From NCBI GenBank assembly GCA_030621085.1, contig JAUXIJ010000004.1:8830-72829 (forward strand): a stretch of 64,000 bases of DNA. The letters are read 5' to 3'. The notes below the pieces were generated by a model. The model searched no databases and had not been told where the DNA came from. It worked only from the letters and a program-made list of their open reading frames with translations. How positions within the stretch are numbered: the first letter of the stretch is position 1; each line of letters begins with the position of its first letter. The DNA comes from Candidatus Cloacimonadota bacterium. GTDB taxonomy: Bacteria > Cloacimonadota > Cloacimonadia > Cloacimonadales > TCS61. The position numbers and the translations under genes are program-made. Shown here one piece after another: positions 55,676-64,000 of this stretch.

Positions 55676-56500
55676 CTATAAGTCTATATCTTCTTCGAAA
55701 TTACCTATGATATCGTCTACTTTAATAATTTGAATAAAGCCTACACCTTTTTTATCGAGATCAATCCCGTTTTCTTTGAGAAGGTCTGCCAATTGATGTG
55801 CAACATCTTTATTTTCCACATGAGCAAAGATCACGTTGGAGTGTTTCGATTTGCCTTGCGCCATGTAACTGAGTCCGGCAAATACAGGTACTTCGTAGGC
55901 TAATTTCTTGGCCATGGAAACGGCATCAAGAATGGAAGCATTTGTAATTCCCACTTCCACCATCGCATTCATAACTTCTGATTCTATATTTGGTTTGTTC
56001 AGAGTCAATATCATCAGGTAGTTTTTACCATCAGATTTTTTCAGTTCTTTCTCATCATATTTTTCCAGGATATTTATCACATCATCTTTTGTTTTACTTT
56101 TAAGCAATTCCTCACAAAAATTTTTCTTTCTAAGAAGGCGGTTTGATTGAGCCAGAAGCTGCAGGTATTCCTTGTTCTGGTCTTCCGAACAGCCAAAAAA
56201 GAAAATTATCCTGGCAGGTCCCATTTCAGGATTTTCATATTCAACGCCATCTTTAAAGATAATGATGCACATAAAGAGTTTTTCTACAACATTGCTGCGA
56301 GCATGAGGAAGAGCAATTCCAAGCATCAATTCGGTATTTGCCATGTTCTCCCGTTTATTTAAAGCTTGCAGAAATTTTTTCTGATTTCTGATATAATCGT
56401 GGTTGTAAACATGGTTTACCATACCTTCAAAGAGAGATTTTTTATTCTTTACATCAGGATTGATAACTATTAAATTTTTATCAATAATATTTTTCCACAT
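55676..56500 (-). CDS. PTS EIIA type-2 (PtsN/fructose-family) domain protein with an extra C-terminal domain.
   Basis: The phospho-His region is GIALPHARS. The N-terminal ~145 aa look EIIA-2-like. It lies 9 nt downstream of the CPA2 antiporter gene. Confidence 0.7.
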   Translation of the reverse strand: MWKNIIDKNLIVINPDVKNKKSLFEGMVNHVYNHDYIRNQKKFLQALNKRENMANTELMLGIALPHARSNVVEKLFMCIIIFKDGVEYENPEMGPARIIFFFGCSEDQNKEYLQLLAQSNRLLRKKNFCEELLKSKTKDDVINILEKYDEKELKKSDGKNYLMILTLNKPNIESEVMNAMVEVGITNASILDAVSMAKKLAYEVPVFAGLSYMAQGKSKHSNVIFAHVENKDVAHQLADLLKENGIDLDKKGVGFIQIIKVDDIIGNFEEDIDL

Positions 56501-56509
56501 AATTTCTCC

Positions 56510-57673
56510 TTAAAAACTTTTCCTTTTAAATTTTATGAAGCCTAATTTTAAAAGTAGTGGCGTAAGAAGAGCACTTATTATTACCATCAGAATTGTAGCC
56601 GAGAGGATGTCGGTTGAAACCACCTTTTTTTCCAAAGCCATATTAGCCACGATGAGAGCTACTTCTCCTCGCGGTATCATCCCCGTGCCTATCCGAAATG
56701 AACGGATAGCGTCAAAATTATTCAACCTTGCACCCAATCCACTACCAATTGCTTTTCCTGCAATTGCAAGAACTACGAATGAAAGCAGGAATAGAGGTTC
56801 AGCTTCGATATCAAACAGATTGAACTGCAAACCTATACTAACAAAAAAAACATCTACAAAAAATGATTTCCCAATATTTGTTATGCCGATTTGCACGGCA
56901 TTCTTATGATGTGTCTGCCCCAGGAATAACCCGGCAAAATACGCTCCCGTAATAGCGGCTAAACCTGTCATTTCTGCGAACCAGGAATATAAAAATGCGG
57001 TTGCAATTGCTAAAGATAAAACCACATTATTAAGCAGTAATTTTTTCAAATTCAGGAAAAATGGTTGTAAGATAAAAATGCCAAAAAGAAAAGAAACCAA
57101 AAAGAATGCTGCTATTTTGATAATGGAAATTGAGATATCTGAACCAGCTTTTGCTGAACCAGCAGTTAATCCAAATACAAAGGTCAACAAAAGAATCCCT
57201 ACAATATCGTCTATAATTGCAGCGTTAATAATACATCTACCTTCCAGGCTTTTCATTTTGCCCAGATCAAGCAGGGTCATCACACTCACGCTTACACTTG
57301 TAGCAGTAAAGATCACACCCACAATTAATGCCTGAGAAACGTTATGCAGAATGAAATATGTTAAGAAAAAGCCTAAAGTAAATGGCAAGATAATACCACC
57401 TACAGCAGGTAACAATGCCTGGCGTGAATCTTCTCTGATCTGTTTGATATTCGTTTCCAAGCCTGCTTCAAAAAGCAGAAAAAGTACACCGACTTTGGCT
57501 ATCCAGATAATTACTTCATCAGGTTCGATGAAATGCAAAAAGGTGGGCCCTAACACAATTCCCAGAAACAGCATTCCTATTACCGGGGGTTGTTTAAATT
57601 TTTTGGAGATGGCTCCAAGTATTTTTGAGAAGAAGATGATTATTGCCAGATGCAATAAAATATTATTTTCCAT
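56510..57673 (-). CDS. Cation:proton antiporter (CPA2, Kef/NapA-like membrane domain).
   Basis: About 12 TM segments. Motifs are PPVIGMLFLGIVLGP, LLFEAGLE and AIIDDIVGILLL. Confidence 0.85.
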   Translation of the reverse strand: MENNILLHLAIIIFFSKILGAISKKFKQPPVIGMLFLGIVLGPTFLHFIEPDEVIIWIAKVGVLFLLFEAGLETNIKQIREDSRQALLPAVGGIILPFTLGFFLTYFILHNVSQALIVGVIFTATSVSVSVMTLLDLGKMKSLEGRCIINAAIIDDIVGILLLTFVFGLTAGSAKAGSDISISIIKIAAFFLVSFLFGIFILQPFFLNLKKLLLNNVVLSLAIATAFLYSWFAEMTGLAAITGAYFAGLFLGQTHHKNAVQIGITNIGKSFFVDVFFVSIGLQFNLFDIEAEPLFLLSFVVLAIAGKAIGSGLGARLNNFDAIRSFRIGTGMIPRGEVALIVANMALEKKVVSTDILSATILMVIISALLTPLLLKLGFIKFKRKSF

Positions 57674-58661
57674 TATTATTCTTTATAATTCTTTGCTGAT
57701 TTATATGTTGATCGTATGTCTTTGTAAATTCATGCTGACCGGTCCCTGTGGCAAAAAAGAAGAAATAATCAGTTTCTTCGGGCTCCAGAACCGCTTGAAT
57801 AGAAGTAACAGAAGGATTACAGATAGGAGTGGGTGGCAAGCCATAATTCTTGTATGTGTTGTAGGGAGAATCTATATTTAGATCTTTATAATATATATAT
57901 TTTCTGGTCTTACCACGTTCCTCTAAAGCATACGCAATAGTTGGATCTGCCTGCAGCTTGTAATGGTAATTCAACCTGTTTAAATACACACTGGCAATTG
58001 TGGGTTTTTCTTCTTCCACCCGCGCTTCACGTTCCACGATCGATGCCAGGATTATAACATCATAAAAATCTAATTTCTCATCAGGTACAAAATTCAGGTC
58101 AGCTGTTTGGGAAAAAAAGCTTTTTACTAGATGAGAAATAATATATTTTTCGCTAACACCTTCTGGAAAATGATAAGTTTCAGGATAAAGAAAACCCTCC
58201 AGACTGGAAATTGAAAAGCCGGTAAATTGCTTTGCGATCTGAGGATCATTGCAAATTTCCATAAAATGCTGAAAATCTCCAAATTTTTCTTTACTCAATA
58301 GTTTGCATGTTTTTCTTACAGATAATCCTTCTGGAATGGTTACTTTACGAAGAACTACTTTACCGGATTTTATTGTTTCAATTACATCAAATAAAGCTAA
58401 TCTACCTTTGAATAAATATTTTCCATAACTTAGAATTCCAGCAGATTTTGTTAATTTAATAAAAAGATAAAACGAATTTTTACTACGGATCACCCTATGA
58501 TCAGCAAGTTTCTGAGCTATCGAGAGAGCTGTTTCACCCTTCTTAATTTCCACCAGAACTTCATTAACTTGTCTGGGCAAAAAAAACAAAGACATTACAT
58601 AGCTGCCTATAGAAACAAACAATATCAGAGAAATAATTATTATTTTTTTATACAGTTTCAT
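57663..58661 (-). CDS. mltG: Endolytic murein transglycosylase MltG (YceG-like).
   Basis: N-terminal TM segment. Motifs are LASIVEREA, LQADPTIAY, SPYNTYKNYGLPPTPICNP and FFFATG. Confidence 0.9.
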   Translation of the reverse strand: MKLYKKIIIISLILFVSIGSYVMSLFFLPRQVNEVLVEIKKGETALSIAQKLADHRVIRSKNSFYLFIKLTKSAGILSYGKYLFKGRLALFDVIETIKSGKVVLRKVTIPEGLSVRKTCKLLSKEKFGDFQHFMEICNDPQIAKQFTGFSISSLEGFLYPETYHFPEGVSEKYIISHLVKSFFSQTADLNFVPDEKLDFYDVIILASIVEREARVEEEKPTIASVYLNRLNYHYKLQADPTIAYALEERGKTRKYIYYKDLNIDSPYNTYKNYGLPPTPICNPSVTSIQAVLEPEETDYFFFFATGTGQHEFTKTYDQHINQQRIIKNNNGK

Positions 58662-59104
58662 TTGTTGTTTTCCAGATAATTTCTTAATATTAAAGATGCA
58701 GCAACTTTATCGATCACATCTTTACTCTCATGAATATTGTATCCCATTTCCTGTAAGGCTTCATTTGCTTCTACGGTTGTATATCTTTCATCCCACAGAA
58801 TTACAGGAATAGAAATGCTCTTTTTCAATTTCTCTGCAAAATCGCGTACTTCTATGGTTTTTTGAGTATCCTCTCCAGCAAGGTTCAGTGGCAATCCCAG
58901 AATGATTTTTCCAATATTTTCTTTCTTAATTATACTGTTTATTTTATCAAGAAGGTCATTGTCATTATTTATTACTTTGTAGGGACGGGCAATAATCTGC
59001 ATCGGATCGCTAATGGCAATACCAACCCGCACCGCACCATAATCGATGCCCATAATTCTATATAATTCCATATGTAAGTTCTTCCCTGTAAACGAAGTAG
59101 ACAA
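58658..59104 (-). CDS. ruvX: Holliday-junction resolvase-like nuclease RuvX (YqgF).
   Basis: MGIDYGAVRVGIAISD, IILGLPLNLAGE and WDERYTTVEA. Confidence 0.9.
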   Translation of the reverse strand: MSTSFTGKNLHMELYRIMGIDYGAVRVGIAISDPMQIIARPYKVINNDNDLLDKINSIIKKENIGKIILGLPLNLAGEDTQKTIEVRDFAEKLKKSISIPVILWDERYTTVEANEALQEMGYNIHESKDVIDKVAASLILRNYLENNK

Positions 59105-59119
59105 GCTGAGTGTTATCTG

Positions 59120-59452
59120 TCACAGAGAAGGGGTGTTTGTGTCCTCTTCTTTTTTTTCTTCATCTTTTTCTTTCAATTTTGCTATAAGGACTTTTTTTGC
59201 TTCGATCTCTTTTTCAAATTTTTTGATCTTCTTGATGTGCTCCTGAATCTGGGTACTTTCTTTGAACTCTTTCTGATTATTATATATATAATCACCAATT
59301 TCTGTTTTTTGATCTCTTATCTGTGCTTTTAAGCCACTTATTTTCATTTTCAAGGCAGATATCTTGCTAACTTCCTCAACTTTATCGAAAACCTTTGATA
59401 ATGCCGTACTCGCCTCTTTTCGAATGTTATCAAAAAAAGCCTTTTTATCCAT
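59120..59452 (-). CDS. Hypothetical coiled-coil protein (~110 aa).
   Basis: The track ORF extends to 59551, but GGAGGTAAATATG supports a start at 59450-59452 (MDKKAFFDNIRKE...). The sequence is Lys/Glu-rich with heptad character. Confidence 0.5.
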   Translation of the reverse strand: MDKKAFFDNIRKEASTALSKVFDKVEEVSKISALKMKISGLKAQIRDQKTEIGDYIYNNQKEFKESTQIQEHIKKIKKFEKEIEAKKVLIAKLKEKDEEKKEEDTNTPSL

Positions 59453-59634
59453 ATTTACCTCCAAAAGAGTTTTGATATTCTTCATAAACGTTTTTTTGTC
59501 AATTTTTTTAAATGTAAATTTTTGTATATTAACATTAAATAAAAAACACAATTTAAAATAGATTTAGTGGATTTTGGTATTAATTTTGCATAGCTTATAT
59601 AAATAATAAAATAAAAAAATTCAGGAGAAATAAA

Positions 59635-62600
59635 ATGAAAAGAATTTTAATTATTTGTATTATATTGATCGCAATCTCATTTCTTTATTCATCAGAATCA
59701 GGGATTGATTTGAATTATGAAAAAATCGATTCCCGGCTCTTAAGAAATGATATATCTGGAATGGAAGCTAATTTCACATTATCGGAGATCGTGTCATTCG
59801 ATGTAAATACCCCGGAAGGAACTTTTTCCCAGTTAAATGTACCCGGATACACACATACAAATAACATAGGTGCCCCAAAGCTTCCGGCAATAAGAAAGAT
59901 AATTTCTGTTCCTTTTGGAGCTGAGGTCAAGATAACATCTCTGAACTATAAATCCACTGAATATGTATTGAATAATTATGGAATTAATTATCCTGTAATG
60001 CCTGCTCAACCACCTGTTCCCAAAAGTGCAGATCCCTCTACAATTAAATTCAAATACAATCCGCAAGCTTACTTGGAAACCAGTTATTCCAATAATAACA
60101 TTGTACGAGTCGAAGAAATCGGGATAATGCGTGGAACGAGACTGTTTACACTGATAGTGGAACCAATTAAATATAATCCTGTTTCCGGAACAATAAAAGT
60201 TTTCAATAATATTAATGTTCGTATCGATTTTACAGGAGCAGATCTGGCTGAAACAAATTTGAGAAGAGCAAAAACATATTCTCCTTACTTTGAATCTGCT
60301 TACCAGAATTACGTTTTAAATTATTCTCTCGCATCTTCAAGAGAAGACTTAACCAGGTATCCAATAAAATATGTAATCATTTCCGACCCGATGTTCGAAG
60401 AACAATTGGAACCTTTCATCGATTGGAAAATCCAGAAAGGTTTTGAAGTAATTGTAGGTTATACCGATGATCCAGCAGTTGGAGGTACAACTACATCCAT
60501 AAAGAATTATATTCAAACTTTGTGGGATGCTGCAACTCCTGAATCTCCAGCTCCTTCATTCATTCTGTTCGTGGGAGATGTAGCTCAGATCCCTGCCTGG
60601 AATGGAAGCACAGGTGGTCATATCACAGATCTGAATTATGTTAAAATAGAAGGGGGAGATTATCTCCCTGAAATTTATTATGGAAGATTCTCGGCAAATA
60701 ATGAAACTGAACTGCAACCTCAAATCGATAAAACGCTTGAATATGAAAAGTACGAAATGCCTGACCCCACTTTTCTTGGTGAAGTAGTTATGATCGCAGG
60801 AATGGATGCCTCTCATGGTTACACCTGGGGAAATGGACAGATAAATTATGGAACTGAAAATTATTTTAATGCTGCTCATGGAATTCTTTCACACACATAT
60901 TTGTATCCCAATTCAGGAAGCAACTCTGCGAATATTATTCAGAATGTCAGCGATGGTGTATCATATATTAATTATACTGCTCATGGCTGGGATCAAGGTT
61001 GGGCTGACCCAAGTTTTACAATTGCCAATATAAATAGTTTGCAGAATGTAAGTAAATACTGCCTTGCTGTTGGTAATTGCTGTTTAACAAACAAATTTGA
61101 AGTTTATAATTGCTTTGGTGAAGCCTGGCTGAGAGCAGAGAACAAGGGAGCAATAGGTTATATCGGCGGAACAAACAGCACTTATTGGGATGAAGATTAC
61201 TGGTGGGGTGTTGGTGCAGGTACAGTCACTGCACATCCTGCTTATGCAAACACAGGTCCCGGTGCTTATGACGGTATGTTCCATGATCATGGAGAACCTT
61301 TTAATGAATGGTATACAACCTCTTATGCTGTTATCATGGCTGGAAATCTGGCTGTTGTTCAGGGAGGAGGAAGCTCAGACTATTATTGGGAAATTTACTC
61401 GATTATGGGTGATCCCTCATTATCTACTTATTTCGGAGTTCCTTCAGATAATATTGTAAGTTATCCTTCCACTATATTCCTGGGGTTAACTACAGTTCAA
61501 ATTTCAGCAGAACCATATTCTTATGTATCAATTTCAATGAATGGAGTTAGTCATGGAGTTGGTCTGGTCGACGCTACAGGTGTTATCGATCTGGAGATTG
61601 ACCTGTTCGTCACTCCAGGTCTTGCTCAATTAGTAATTACACGTCAAAATAGAGTACCGATCATTGAAGATATCGAAGTTATTCCTAATGCCGGTGCTTA
61701 TATCATTGTTAACAATTTTGTGGTTAATGATGATAATAATAATATCCCCGAATACGATGAGAGCATAACACTCGATGTAACATTTGAAAATGTAGGAATT
61801 GAAGATGCATTAAATGTTAATGCTACTCTCAGTACAAATGATACTTATGTAAATATTACTTCCGATTATGTTGAAATTGGAGATATTTTAGCAGGTTCTA
61901 CTGTTACAATTACAGATGCTTTCGAAATTGATATTGCCGATGATATTCCCGATCAACACCAGATATTTTTTGATGTTGAAATTGTGGGTTCAAGCACCTG
62001 GAATTCAACGATCAACATAATCTTTAATGCTCCGGCTTTCGAAATTGGCGAGATGGTGATAAACGATTCCGGAGGAGATGGCACTCTTGATCCGGGAGAA
62101 ACAGCTACGTTATTAATACCTTTAACAAATACTGGCAACGCTGTATCACCTGAAATTTTCACCCAGCTTGTGAATGGCTCACCCGATATTCTTACAATTA
62201 TTTCGGGCAACTTCGATCTGAATGCTTTGAATCCTGCCGAAGAAGGTATCGCAGAATTTGAGATAGAAGTAGATGCCGGTGTCGTTCCCGGAACAATCGC
62301 TATACTTGGTTTTATGTCTACCAGCGGTGCTTATAATTCAAGTTTTACTTTCTTCCCTTCTATAGGTTTAATATCAGAAGATTTTGAAACCGGTGATTTT
62401 TCACAATACGATTGGCAGATGGGAACCTTTGGTTGGCAGATCAGCAGTACGCAGCCTTATGAAGGTGTTTACTGTGCTCAATCAATTGATATATCCGATA
62501 ATCAGACAGCCAGCATCAGCTTAACGATGGATATTCCTGCAGATGGAGAGATCAGTTTCTGGAAAAAAGTTTCCTCGGAAGCTAATTATGATTATCTTCG

Positions 62601-63426
62601 TTTCTACATCAATAACCAGGAGCAGGGAGAATGGGCTGGAATAGTAACATGGAGTCAGGAAACATTCCCTGTTTCTGCTGGTAATGTTACCTTTAAATGG
62701 GCTTATGAAAAGGATGGTTATGTTAGCAATGGCAGTGATTGTGCCTGGATAGATTATATTATATTCCCCGCAATAGGTGGAGGAGATGCAGCTATTTTAG
62801 GTGTGAATGCCGAATCACTTGAGTTCGGTGAAGTCGAGATCGGTGAAACTGCTCTTCAACAATTTAATATTTTTAATCTGGGAGTACTGGATCTGAATGG
62901 TACGATCACCACTCCGGAAGGCTATACTGTAAGCATTGAAGAAACCAGAAACGAAGTAGACTATTTTGTGAGTCCGGGTGAGTATATTACAGTGATTATA
63001 GAATTTGCACCTACACAAGCTGTTCAATATGATGGAGATATCATCATTACCAGCAACGATCCAAATCAGAGTGAAGTTAATATTCCTGTGAGTGGAACAG
63101 GTTTCAGTACAGAGAACGGTATGGAGCTTATTCCTCTTGCTACCAAACTTCAAAGAAATTTTCCCAATCCTTTCAATCCTACTACTTCTATTAAATATGC
63201 ACTTCATGAAGACGCAAAGATCTGCATTGAAATATTCAATATAAAGGGACAGAAAGTAAAAACACTAATTGATAAGAAACAATCTGCAGGTTATCATGCA
63301 GTTATGTGGAATGGAAAAGATAACTCCGGCAAAACTGCTGCCAGCGGATTATATTTCTACAAAATGGCCTCCGAAGGAAACAGCGGAGATTATATATCTA
63401 TAAAGAAAATGATTTTATTAAAATAA
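59635..63426 (+). CDS. Peptidase C25 (gingipain-like) family protein with a T9SS sorting domain.
   Basis: Signal peptide and an N-terminal propeptide-like domain. Motifs are YVIISDPMFEEQLEPFIDWK..GF, FILFVGDVAQIP, YGRFSA, His YTAHGW and Cys CLAVGNCC. There are Ig-like/MAM-like domains. The CTD is NFPNPFNPTTSIKY...IFNIKGQK...GLYFYKM...MILLK. Confidence 0.85.
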   Translation: MKRILIICIILIAISFLYSSESGIDLNYEKIDSRLLRNDISGMEANFTLSEIVSFDVNTPEGTFSQLNVPGYTHTNNIGAPKLPAIRKIISVPFGAEVKITSLNYKSTEYVLNNYGINYPVMPAQPPVPKSADPSTIKFKYNPQAYLETSYSNNNIVRVEEIGIMRGTRLFTLIVEPIKYNPVSGTIKVFNNINVRIDFTGADLAETNLRRAKTYSPYFESAYQNYVLNYSLASSREDLTRYPIKYVIISDPMFEEQLEPFIDWKIQKGFEVIVGYTDDPAVGGTTTSIKNYIQTLWDAATPESPAPSFILFVGDVAQIPAWNGSTGGHITDLNYVKIEGGDYLPEIYYGRFSANNETELQPQIDKTLEYEKYEMPDPTFLGEVVMIAGMDASHGYTWGNGQINYGTENYFNAAHGILSHTYLYPNSGSNSANIIQNVSDGVSYINYTAHGWDQGWADPSFTIANINSLQNVSKYCLAVGNCCLTNKFEVYNCFGEAWLRAENKGAIGYIGGTNSTYWDEDYWWGVGAGTVTAHPAYANTGPGAYDGMFHDHGEPFNEWYTTSYAVIMAGNLAVVQGGGSSDYYWEIYSIMGDPSLSTYFGVPSDNIVSYPSTIFLGLTTVQISAEPYSYVSISMNGVSHGVGLVDATGVIDLEIDLFVTPGLAQLVITRQNRVPIIEDIEVIPNAGAYIIVNNFVVNDDNNNIPEYDESITLDVTFENVGIEDALNVNATLSTNDTYVNITSDYVEIGDILAGSTVTITDAFEIDIADDIPDQHQIFFDVEIVGSSTWNSTINIIFNAPAFEIGEMVINDSGGDGTLDPGETATLLIPLTNTGNAVSPEIFTQLVNGSPDILTIISGNFDLNALNPAEEGIAEFEIEVDAGVVPGTIAILGFMSTSGAYNSSFTFFPSIGLISEDFETGDFSQYDWQMGTFGWQISSTQPYEGVYCAQSIDISDNQTASISLTMDIPADGEISFWKKVSSEANYDYLRFYINNQEQGEWAGIVTWSQETFPVSAGNVTFKWAYEKDGYVSNGSDCAWIDYIIFPAIGGGDAAILGVNAESLEFGEVEIGETALQQFNIFNLGVLDLNGTITTPEGYTVSIEETRNEVDYFVSPGEYITVIIEFAPTQAVQYDGDIIITSNDPNQSEVNIPVSGTGFSTENGMELIPLATKLQRNFPNPFNPTTSIKYALHEDAKICIEIFNIKGQKVKTLIDKKQSAGYHAVMWNGKDNSGKTAASGLYFYKMASEGNSGDYISIKKMILLK

Positions 63427-63444
63427 AAAAAATAGGAGAATAGT

Positions 63445-64000
63445 ATGAAAACCTTAAAAAATGTTGTTTTATTAACACTTCTTCTTTTATTAGGCGCAAC
63501 CGGTTTGTTCGCTTCACAAGGATTTGAAGTGAATTTCAATCAACCTGTAAGTTCCGAGTATGACCTTGAGTTTGAGCTTGGTAACTACAGGCTGAACGAA
63601 ACACAGAAAAATGGCAAGATGTTCACTGAAATCGATTTTGCAAGTAGTGTAGTAACAAACAAAAAAGGATTTGCAGCACTTCCCTACATTCATGCTTCGG
63701 TTCAAATTTCACCGGACAGAAACGTAACAACGGAAATCGTTTCTTCTGATTACGTGGAATATCAACTCGATCATCCGCTTGTTCCATCACGAGGAATTAT
63801 TTACCGTAACCAGGATCCGTCTACCATTCCTTACGAAATTGCTCGAGAATCTATCGTAGATGAATTTTATCCTGTTAATATTACTCAAACTACTGAACCT
63901 TATATCCTGAGAGATATTCGTGGTGTGAACGTTTATGTTTATCCCTTCCAATATAATGCTGCCCGAAATATTCTGCGTGTTTATACAAACGTAACCGTGA
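63445..64000 (+). CDS. C25-family peptidase paralog, N-terminal part only (runs off the window end).
   Basis: Absent from the ORF track. The ATG at 63445 lies 8 nt after AGGAG. My own translation gives MKTLKNVVLLTLLLLLGATGLFASQGFEVNF...GFAALPYIHASVQI...PSRG...EPYILRDIRGVNVYVYPFQYNA, which resembles a gingipain-propeptide-type N-terminal domain. Confidence 0.7.
   Translation, partial: MKTLKNVVLLTLLLLLGATGLFASQGFEVNFNQPVSSEYDLEFELGNYRLNETQKNGKMFTEIDFASSVVTNKKGFAALPYIHASVQISPDRNVTTEIVSSDYVEYQLDHPLVPSRGIIYRNQDPSTIPYEIARESIVDEFYPVNITQTTEPYILRDIRGVNVYVYPFQYNAARNILRVYTNVTV

Overview
This is an AT-rich bacterial chromosomal segment, about 85-90% coding and mostly on the minus strand. I saw no rRNA, tRNA or CRISPR array.

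Taxonomy (inference only): at least 13 proteins end in a T9SS-type C-terminal sorting domain (NYPNPFNPETTI...IYNIKGQK...SGIYFYK...LLLK). This points to an FCB-group, Cloacimonadota-like organism.

Housekeeping genes I recognise:
- Nucleotide, RNA and translation: uraA-like permease, rph, rpsA, obg.
- Envelope and secretion: lepB, LptD-like protein, gmhB, mltG.
- DNA metabolism: dprA, xseA, ruvX.
- Metabolism and transport: hemW, PiT plus its DUF47 partner, gcvPA/gcvPB, a 2-hydroxyacid dehydrogenase, a CPA2 antiporter plus a PTS-IIA-like protein.

Accessory content:
1. A tandem array of seven secreted paralogs (2371-10164, minus strand). Their sequence relationships are mosaic. A strictly conserved ~57-nt intercistronic hairpin/RBS element sits at every internal gene junction.
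2. A segmental duplication that left a stand-alone S8-peptidase propeptide ORF.
3. A 0.3-0.6 kb repeat present in three copies, two of them in inverted orientation 24 kb apart. One copy carries a chimeric zinc-ribbon/EEP pseudogene. Another is orphaned at the edge of an AT-rich island.
4. That island (34.7-39.7 kb) encodes a fused type IIG restriction-modification enzyme, a divergent UDG-superfamily-like protein and a DUF559 endonuclease.
5. A very AT-rich, translationally coupled two-gene cassette (DUF488 fusion plus an unknown 282-aa protein, 21145-22866).
6. Two clusters of large T9SS cargo proteins: C25/clan-CD peptidases, beta-helix proteins and an LVIVD propeller.

Two edge-truncated genes (1-2358 minus, 63445-64000 plus) are missing from the supplied ORF track. 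I found them by reading the sequence.

All functional calls come from motif recognition by eye. No database search was run.
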